Below are positions 1-10,979 of a stretch of 64,000 bases of DNA, in pieces. Source of the stretch: Eledone cirrhosa. Its lineage: Eukaryota. Position numbers and translations under genes: made by a program. How positions within the stretch are numbered: position 1 is the stretch's first letter; the number at the start of each line of letters is the position of its first letter. The stretch spans positions 19,406,001-19,470,000 of the forward strand of contig OZ024754.1 in assembly GCA_964016885.1 (NCBI GenBank), given 5' to 3'. A model generated the notes under the pieces. That model saw only the letters and a program-made list of their open reading frames with translations. It was not told where the DNA came from and did no database searches.

Positions 1-1257
1 TCAGATCAAGTCACTTGCCAGACATTTACAACTGTGGCCAAAATGACTCTTCCATGATATAGTTACTTTAGTTTCAACACAGTCTCAGATCAAGTCACTT
101 TCCAGACATATACAACTGTGGCTAAAATGAATCTTCCATGATATAGTTACTTTAGTTTCAATACAGTCTCGAATCAAGTCACTTGCCAGACATGTACAAC
201 TGTGGCTAAAATGACTCTTCCATGATATAGTTACTTTAGTTTCAACACAATCTCAGATCATGTCACTTGCCAGACACGTACAACTCTGGCTAAAATAACT
301 CTTCCATGATATAGTTACTTTAGTTTCAACACAGTCCCAGATCAAGTCACTTTCCAGGCATGTACAACTGTGGCTGTAATGACTCTTCCATGATATAGTT
401 ACTTTAGTTTCAACACAGTCACAGATCAAGTCACTTGCCAGACATGTACAAGTTTAGCTAAAATGACTCTTCAATGATATAGTTACTTTAGTTTCAACAC
501 AATCTCAGATCAAGTCACTTGCCAGACATGTACAACTGTAGCTAAAATGAATCTTCCATGATATAGTACTTTAGTTTCAACACAGTCTCAGATCAAGTCA
601 CTTGCCAGACACGTATAACTGTGGCTGAAATGACTCTTCCATTATATAGTTACTTTAGTTTCAACACAATCCCAGATCAAGTCACTTGCCAGACATATGC
701 TACTGTGGCTAAAATGACTCTTCCATGATATAGTTACTTTAGTTTCAACACAGTCACAGATAAAGACACTTACCAGACATGTACAACTGTAGCTAAAATG
801 ACTCTTCCATGATATAGTTACTTTAGTTTCAACACAGTCTCAGATCAAGTGACTTGCCAGACATGTACAACTGTGGCTAAAATGACACTACCATGATATA
901 GTTACTTTAGTTTCAACACAATCTCAGATCAAGTCACTTGCCAGACATGTACAACTGTAGCTAAAATGAATCTTCCATGATATAGTACTTTAGTTTCAAC
1001 ACAGTCTCAGATCATGTCACTTGCCAGACATGTATAACTGTGGCTAAAATGAATCTTCCATGATATAGTTACTTTAGTTTCAACACAATCTCAGATCAAG
1101 TCACTTGCCAGACATGTACAACTGTGTCTAAAATGATTCTTCCATGATATAGTTACTTTAGTTTCAACACAGTCTCAGATCAATTCACTTACCAGACATG
1201 TACAACTGTAGCTAAAATGAATCTTCCATGATATAGTACTTTAGTTTCAACACAGTC

Positions 1258-1341
1258 TCAGATCAAGTCACTTGCCAGACATGTACAACTGTGGCTAAAA
1301 TGACTCTTCCATGATATAGTTACTTTAGTTTCAACACAGTC
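1258..1341 (+). repeat. Representative exact consensus monomer (84 bp, 32/84 G+C)
   Basis: Direct reading. Contains GATC, ACATGT, TGTACA and the interrupted palindrome CAAGT-C-ACTTG. Confidence 0.97.
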
Positions 1342-1580
1342 TTACATCACGTCACTTGCCAGACATGTAGAACTGTGACTAAAATGACTCTTCCATGATA
1401 TAGTTACTTTAGTTTAAACACAGTCTCAGATCAAGTTACTTGCCAGACATGTACAACTGTGGCTAAAATGACTCTTCCATTATATAGTTACTTTAGTTTC
1501 AACACAATCTCAGATCAAGTCACTTTCAAGGTATGTACAACTGTGGCTGAAATGACTCTTCCATTATATAGTTACATTAC

Positions 1581-4500
1581 TTTCAACACAGTCACAGATC
1601 AAGTCACTTGCCAGACATGTACAAGTTTAGCTAAAATGACCTTCAATGATATAGTTACTTTAGTTTCAACACAACCTCAGATCATGTCACTTGCCAGACA
1701 TCTACAACTGTGGCTAAAATGAGACTACCATGATATAGTTACTTTAGTTTCAACACAGTCTCAGATCAAGTCACTTGCCAGACATGTACAACTGTGGCTA
1801 AAATGACTCTTTCATGATATAGTCACTTTAGTTTCAACACAGTCTTAGATCAGGTCACTTGACAGACATGTACAACTGTGGCTAAAATAACTCTTCCATG
1901 ATATAGTTACTTTAGTTTCAACACAGCCTCAGATAAAGTCACTTGCCAGACATGTACAACTGTGGCTAAAATGACTCTTCCATGATATAGTTACTTTAGT
2001 TTCAACACAGTCTCAGATCAAGTCACTTGCTAGACATGTGTAACTGTGGCTAAAATGAATCTTCCATGATATAGTTACTTTAGTTTCAATACAGTCTCGA
2101 ATCAAGTCACTTGCCAGACATGTACAACTGTGGCTAAATTGACTCTTCCATGATATAGTTACTTTAGTTTCAACACAATCTTAGATCAAGTCACTTACCA
2201 GACATATACAACTGTGGCTAAAATGACTCTTCCATGATATAGTTACTTTAGTTTCAACACAATCTTAGATCAAGTCACTTACCAGACATGTACAACTGTG
2301 GCTAAAATGACTCTTTCATGATATAGTTACTTTAGTTTCAACACATTCACAGATCAAGTCACTTGCCAGACATGTACAACTGTATCTAAAATGACTCTTC
2401 CATGATATAGTTACTTTAGTTTCAACACAGTCACAGATCAAGACACTTACCAGACATGTACAACTGTAGCTAAAATGACTCTTCCATGATATAGTTACTT
2501 TAGTTTCAACACAGTCTCAGATCAAGTGACTTGCCAGACATGTACAACTGTGGCTAAAATGACACTACCATGATATAGTTACTTTAGTTTCAACACAATC
2601 TCAGATCAAGTCACTTGCCAGACATGTACAACTGTAGCTAAAATGCATCTTCCATGATATAGTACTTTAGTTTCAACACAGTCTCAGATCAAGTCACTTG
2701 CCAGACATGTATAACTGTGGCTAAAATGAATCTTCCATGATATAGTTACTTTAGTTTCAACACAATCTCAGATCAAGTCACTTGCCAGACATGTACAACT
2801 GTGTCTAAAATGATTCTTCCATGATATAGTTACTTTAGTTTCAACACAGTCTCAGATCAATTCACTTACCAGACATGTACAACTGTAGCTAAAATGAATC
2901 TTCCATGATATAGTTACTTTAGTTTCAACACAGTCTCAGATCCAGTGACTTGCCAGACATGTACAACTGTGGCTAAAATGACACTACCATGATATAGTTA
3001 CTTTAGTTTCAACACAATCTCAGATCAAGTCACTTGCCAGACATGTACAACTGTAGCTAAAATGAATCTTCCATGATATAGTACTTTAGTTTCAACACAG
3101 TCTCAGATCAAGTCACTTGCCAGACATGTATAACTGTGGCTGAAATGACTCTTCCATTATATAGTTACTTTAGTTTCAACACAATCCCAGATCAAGTCAC
3201 TTGCCAGACATATGCAACTGTGGCTAAAATGACTCTTCCATGATATAGTTACTTTAGTTTCAACACAGTCACAGATAAAGACACTTACCAGACATGTACA
3301 ACTGTAGCTAAAATGACTCTTCCATGATATAGTTACTTTAGTTTCAACACAGTCTCAGATCAAGTGACTTGCCAGACATGTACAACTGTGGCTAAAATGA
3401 CACTACCATGATATAGTTACTTTAGTTTCAACACAATCTCAGATCAAGTCACTTGCCAGACATGTACAACTGTAGCTAAAATGAATCTTCCATGATATAG
3501 TACTTTAGTTTCAACACAGTCTCAGATCAAGTCACTTGCCAGACATGTATAACTGTGGCTAAAATGAATCTTCCATGATATAGTTACTTTAGTTTCAACA
3601 CAATCTCAGATCAAGTCACTTGCCAGACATGTACAACTGTGGCTAAAATGACTCTTCCATGATATAGTTACTTTAGTTTCAACACAATCTCAGATCATGT
3701 CACTTGCCAGACATGTACAACTCTGGCTAAAATAACTCTTCCATGATATAGTTACTTTAGTTTCAACACAGTCTCAGATCAAGTTACTTGCCAGACTTGT
3801 ACAACTGTGGCTAAAATGAATCTTCCATGATATAGTTACTTTAGTTTCAATACAGTCTCGAATCAAGTCACTTGCCAGACATGTACAACTGTGGCTAAAA
3901 TGACTCTTCCATGATATAGTTACTTTAGTTTAAACACAGTCTCAGATCAAGTTACTTGCCAGACATGTACAACTGTGGCTAAAATGACTCTTCCATTATA
4001 TAGTTACTTTAGTTTCAACACAATCTCAGATCAAGTCACTTTCAAGGTATGTACAACTGTGGCTGAAATGACTCTTCCATTATATAGTTACATTACTTTC
4101 AACACAGTCACAGATCAAGTCACTTTCCAGGCATGTACAACTGTGGCTGAAATGACTCTTCCATTATATAGTTACTTTATTTTCAACACGGTCTCAGATC
4201 AAGTCACTTGCCAGACATGTACAACTGTGGCTAAAATGACTCTTCCATGATATAGTTACTTTAGTTTCAACACAATCTCAGATCAAGTCACTTGCCAGAC
4301 ATTTACAACTGTGGCCAAAATGACTCTTCCATGATATAGTTACTTTAGTTTCAACACAGTCTCAGATCAAGTTACTTGCCAGACATGTACAACTGTGGCT
4401 AAAATGACTCTTCCATGATATAGTTACTTTAGTTTCAACACAATCTCAGATCATGTCACTTGCCAGACATGTACAACTCTGGCTAAAATAACTCTTCCAT

Positions 4501-6802
4501 GATATAGTTACTTTAGTTTCAACACAGTCCCAGATCAAGTCACTTTCCAGGCATGTACAACTGTGGCTGAAATGACTCTTCCATGATATAGTTACTTTAG
4601 TTTCAACACAGTCACAGATCAAGTCACTTGCCAGACATGTACAAGTTTAGCTAAAATGACCTTCAATGATATAGTTACTTTAGTTTCAACACAACCTCAG
4701 ATCATGTCACTTGCCAGACATCTACAACTGTGGCTAAAATGAGACTACCATGATATAGTTACTTTAGTTTCAACACAGTCTCAGATCAAGTCACTTGCCA
4801 GACATGTACAACTGTGGCTAAAATGACTCTTTCATGATATAGTCACTTTAGTTTCAACACAGTCTTAGATCAGGTCACTTGACAGACATGTACAACTGTG
4901 GCTAAAATAACTCTTCCATGATATAGTTACTTTAGTTTCAACACAGCCTCAGATAAAGTCACTTGCCAGACATGTACAACTGTGGCTAAAATGACTCTTC
5001 CATGATATAGTTACTTTAGTTTCAACACAGTCTCAGATCAAGTCACTTGCTAGACATGTGTAACTGTGGCTAAAATGAATCTTCCATGATATAGTTACTT
5101 TAGTTTCAATACAGTCTCGAATCAAGTCACTTGCCAGACATGTACAACTGTGGCTAAATTGACTCTTCCATGATATAGTTACTTTAGTTTCAACACAATC
5201 TTAGATCAAGTCACTTACCAGACATATACAACTGTGGCTAAAATGACTCTTCCATGATATAGTTACTTTAGTTTCAACACAATCTTAGATCAAGTCACTT
5301 ACCAGACATGTACAACTGTGGCTAAAATGACTCTTTCATGATATAGTTACTTTAGTTTCAACACATTCACAGATCAAGTCACTTGCCAGACATGTACAAC
5401 TGTATCTAAAATGACTCTTCCATGATATAGTTACTTTAGTTTCAACACAGTCACAGATCAAGACACTTACCAGACATGTACAACTGTAGCTAAAATGACT
5501 CTTCCATGATATAGTTACTTTAGTTTCAACACAGTCTCAGATCAAGTGACTTGCCAGACATGTACAACTGTGGCTAAAATGACACTACCATGATATAGTT
5601 ACTTTAGTTTCAACACAATCTCAGATCAAGTCACTTGCCAGACATGTACAACTGTAGCTAAAATGCATCTTCCATGATATAGTACTTTAGTTTCAACACA
5701 GTCTCAGATCAAGTCACTTGCCAGACATGTATAACTGTGGCTAAAATGAATCTTCCATGATATAGTTACTTTAGTTTCAACACAATCTCAGATCAAGTCA
5801 CTTGCCAGACATGTACAACTGTGTCTAAAATGATTCTTCCATGATATAGTTACTTTAGTTTCAACACAGTCTCAGATCAATTCACTTACCAGACATGTAC
5901 AACTGTAGCTAAAATGAATCTTCCATGATATAGTTACTTTAGTTTCAACACAGTCTCAGATCCAGTGACTTGCCAGACATGTACAACTGTGGCTAAAATG
6001 ACACTACCATGATATAGTTACTTTAGTTTCAACACAATCTCAGATCAAGTCACTTGCCAGACATGTACAACTGTAGCTAAAATGAATCTTCCATGATATA
6101 GTACTTTAGTTTCAACACAGTCTCAGATCAAGTCACTTGCCAGACATGTATAACTGTGGCTGAAATGACTCTTCCATTATATAGTTACTTTAGTTTCAAC
6201 ACAATCCCAGATCAAGTCACTTGCCAGACATATGCAACTGTGGCTAAAATGACTCTTCCATGATATAGTTACTTTAGTTTCAACACAGTCACAGATAAAG
6301 ACACTTACCAGACATGTACAACTGTAGCTAAAATGACTCTTCCATGATATAGTTACTTTAGTTTCAACACAGTCTCAGATCAAGTGACTTGCCAGACATG
6401 TACAACTGTGGCTAAAATGACACTACCATGATATAGTTACTTTAGTTTCAACACAATCTCAGATCAAGTCACTTGCCAGACATGTACAACTGTAGCTAAA
6501 ATGAATCTTCCATGATATAGTACTTTAGTTTCAACACAGTCTCAGATCAAGTCACTTGCCAGACATGTATAACTGTGGCTAAAATGAATCTTCCATGATA
6601 TAGTTACTTTAGTTTCAACACAATCTCAGATCAAGTCACTTGCCAGACATGTACAACTGTGGCTAAAATGACTCTTCCATGATATAGTTACTTTAGTTTC
6701 AACACAATCTCAGATCATGTCACTTGCCAGACATGTACAACTCTGGCTAAAATAACTCTTCCATGATATAGTTACTTTAGTTTCAACACAGTCTCAGATC
6801 AA
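1581..6802. repeat. Duplicated block of about 2.2 kb at offset 3020 bp (36 monomers): 1581-3782 vs 4601-6802
   Basis: Shared private variants: ATGACCTTCAAT 1-bp deletion (monomer segments from 1621/4641), TAGACATGTGTAACT (2031/5051), AAATGCATCT (2641/5661), TCCAGTGACT (2941/5961). Confidence 0.92.
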
Positions 6803-9800
6803 TTCACTTACCAGACATGTACAACTGTAGCTAAAATGAATCTTCCATGATATAGTTACTTTAGTTTCAACACAGTCTCAGATCAAGTGACTTGCCAGAC
6901 ATGTACAACTGTCGCTAAAATGACACTACCATGATATAGTTACTTTAGTTTCAACACAATCTCAGATCAAGTCACTTGCCAGACATGTACAACTGTAGCT
7001 AAAATGAATCTTCCATGATATAGTACTTTAGTTTCAACACAGTCTTAGATCAAGTCACTTGCCAGACATGTATAACTGTGGCTGAAATGACTCTTCCATT
7101 ATATAGTTACTTTAGTTTCAACACAATCCCAGATCAAGTAACTTGCCAGACATATGCAACTGTGGCTAAAATGACTCTTCCATGATATAGTTACTTTAGT
7201 TTCAACACAGTCACAGATAAAGACACTTACCAGACATGTACAACTGTAGCTAAAATGACTCTTCCATGATATAGTTACTTTAGTTTCAACACAGTCTCAG
7301 ATCAAGTGACTTGCCAGACATGTACAACTGTGGCTAAAATGACACTACCATGATATAGTTACTTTAGTTTCAACACAATCTCAGATCAAGTCACTTGCCA
7401 GACATGTACAACTGTAGCTAAAATGAATCTTCCATGATATAGTACTTTAGTTTCAACACAGTCTCAGATCAAGTCACTTGCCAGACATGTATAACTGTGG
7501 CTAAAATGAATCTTCCATGATATAGTTACTTTAGTTTCAACACAATCTCAGATCAAGTCACTTGCCAGACATGTACAACTGTGTCTAAAATGATTCTTCC
7601 ATGATATAGTTACTTTAGTTTCAACACAGTCTCAGATCAATTCACTTACCAGACATGTACAACTGTAGCTAAAATGAATCTTCCATGATATAGTACTTTA
7701 GTTTCAACACAGTCTCAGATCAAGTCACTTGCCAGACATGTACAACTGTGGCTAAATTGACTCTTCCATGATATAGTTACTTTAGTTTCAACACAGTCTT
7801 AGATCACGTCACTTGCCAGACATGTAGAACTGTGACTAAAATGACTCTTCCATTATATAGTTACTTTAGTTTCAACACGGTCTCAGATCAAGTCACTTGC
7901 CAGACATGTACAACTGTGGCTAAAATGACTCTTCCATGATATAGTTACTTTAGTTTCAATACAGTCTCGAATCAAGTCACTTGCCAGACATGTACAACTG
8001 TGGCTAAAATGACTCTTCCATGATATAGTTACTTTAGTTTCAACACAATCCCAGATCATGTCACTTGCCAGACATGTACAACTCTGGCTAAAATAACTCT
8101 TCCATGATATAGTTACTTTAGTTTCAACACAGTCCCAGATCAAGTCACTTTCCAGGCATGTACAACTGTGGCTGAAATGACTCTTCCATGATATAGTTAC
8201 TTTAGTTTCAACACAATCTCAGATCATGTCACTTGCCAGACATGTACAACTCTGGCTAAAATAACTCTTCCATGATATAGTTACTTTAGTTTCAACACAG
8301 TCCCAGATCAAGTCACTTTCCAGGCATGTACAACTGTGGCTGAAATGACTCTTCCATGATATAGTTACTTTAGTTTCAACACAGTCACAGATCAAGTCAC
8401 TTGCCAGACATGTACAAGTTTAGCTAAAATGACTCTTCAATGATATAGTTACTTTAGTTTCAACACAACCTCAGATCATGTCACTTGCCAGACATCTACA
8501 ACTGTGGCTAAAATGAGACTACCATGATATAGTTACTTTAGTTTCAACACAGTCACAGATCAAGTCACTTGCCAGACATGTACAACTGTGGCTAAAATGA
8601 CTCTTCCATGATATAGTTACATTAGTTTCAACACAGTCTTAGATCAAGTCACTTACCAGACATGTACAACTGTGGCTAAAATGACTCTTCCATGATATAG
8701 TTACTTTAGTTTCAACACAATCTTAGATCAAGTCACTTGCCAGACATGTACAACTGTGGCTAAAATGACTCTTCCATGATATAGTTACTTTAGTTTCAAC
8801 ACAGTCTCAGATCAAGTCACTTGCCAGACATGTACAACTGTGGCTAAAATGACTCTTTCATGATATAGTCACTTTAGTTTCAACACAATCTTAGATCAGG
8901 TCACTTGACAGACATGTACAACTGTGGCTAAAATAACTCTTCCATGATATAGTTACTTTAGTTTCAACACAGCCTCAGATAAAGTCACTTGCCAGACATG
9001 TAAAACTGTGGCTAAAATGACTCTTCCATGATATAGTTACTTTAGTTTCAACACAGTCTCAGATCAAGTCACTTGCTAGACATGTGCAACTGTGGCTAAA
9101 ATGAATCTTCCATGATATAGTTACTTTAGTTTCAATACAGTCTCGAATCAAGTCACTTGCCAGACATGTACAACTGTGGCTAAATTGACTCTTCCATGAT
9201 ATAGTTACTTTAGTTTAAACACAATCTTAGATCAAGTCACTTACCAGACATATACAACTGTGGCTAAAATGACTCTTCCATGATATAGTTACTTTAGTTT
9301 CAACACAATCTTAGATCAAGTCACTTACCAGACATGTACAACTGTGGCTAAAATGACTCTTTCATGATATAGTTACTTTAGTTTCAACACATTCACAGAT
9401 CAAGTCATTTGCCAGACATGTACAACTGTATCTAAAATGACTCTTCCATGATATAGTTACTTTAGTTTCAACACAGTCACGGATCAAGACACTTACCAGA
9501 CATGTACAACTGTAGCTAAAATGACTCTTCCATGATATAGTTACTTTAGTTTCAACACAGTCTCAGATCAAGTGACTTGCCAGACATGTACAACTGTGGC
9601 TAAAATGACACTACCATGATAAAGTTACTTTAGTTTCAACACAATCTCAGATCAAGTCACTTGCCAGACATGTACAACTGTAGCTAAAACGAATTTTCCA
9701 TGATATAGTACTTTAGTTTCAACACAGTCTCAGATCAAGTCACTTGACAGACATGTATAATTGTGGCTAAAATGAATCTTCCATGATATAGTTACTTTAG

Positions 9801-10979
9801 TTTCAACACAATCTCAGATCAAGTCACTTGCCAGACATGTACAACTGTGTCTAAAATGATTCTTCCATGATATAGTTACTTTAGTTTCAACACAGTCTCA
9901 GATCAATTCACTTACCAGACATGTACAACTGTAGCTAAAATGAATCTTCCATGATATAGTACTTTAGTTTCAACACAGTCTCAGATCAAGTCACTTGCCA
10001 GACATGTACAACTGTGGCTGAAATGACTCTTCCATGATATAGTTACTTTAGTTTCAACACAGTCTTAGATCACGTCACTTGCCAGACATGTAGAACTGTG
10101 ACTAAAATGACTCTTCCATGATATAGTTACTTTAGTTTAAACACAATCTCAGATCAAGTCACTTTCAAGGCATGTACAACTGTGGCTGAAATGACTCTTC
10201 CATTATATAGTTACATTACTTTCAACACAGTCACAGATCAAGTCACTTTCCAGGCATGTACAACTGTGGCTGAAATGACTCTTCCATTATATAGTTACTT
10301 TAGTTTCAACACAATCCCAGATCAAGTCACTTGCCACACATATACAACTGTGGCTAAAATGACTCTTCCATGATATAGTTACTTTACTTTCAACACAATC
10401 TTAGATCAAGTCATTTACCAGACATGTACAACTGTGGCTAAAATGACTCTTTCATGATATAGTTACTTTAGTTTCAACACATTCACAGATCAAGTCACTT
10501 GCCAGACATGTACAACTGTATCTAAAATAACTCTTCCATGATATAGTTACTTTAGTTTCAACACAGTCACAGATCAAGACACTTACCAGACATGTACAAC
10601 TGTAGCTAAAATGACTCTTCCATGATATAGTTACTTTAGTTTCAACACAGTCTCAGATCAAGTGACTTGCCAGACATGTACAACTGTGGCTAAAATGACA
10701 CTACCATGATATAGTTACTTTAGTTTCAACACAATCTCAGATCAAGTCACTTGCCAGACATGTACAACTGTAGCTAAAATGAATCTTCCATGATATAGTA
10801 CTTTAGTTTCAACACAGTCTCAGATCAAGTCACTTGCCAGACATGTATAACTGTGGCTAAAATGAATCTTCCATGATATAGTTACTTTAGTTTCAACACA
10901 ATCTCAAATCAAGTCACTTGCCAGACATGTACAACTGTGTCTAAAATGATTCTTCCATGATATAGTTACTTTAGTTTCA

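Noticed and set aside
1264-1290. p53-family response element (CAAG, CTTG, CATG cores; AGACATGTAC)
   Set aside because: Half-sites mismatch RRRCWWGYYY, and the cores are 7 and 9 bp apart instead of the canonical 10.
1288-1340. MITE or transposon with terminal inverted repeats
   Set aside because: The inverted arms are short, imperfect and internal to each monomer. No target-site duplications or flanking unique DNA support mobility.
1258-1341. tRNA, 5S or snRNA tandem gene array, or CENP-B box
   Set aside because: No cloverleaf or A/B boxes and no resemblance to RNA genes I recognise. The CENP-B box needs two CpGs, which the consensus lacks.
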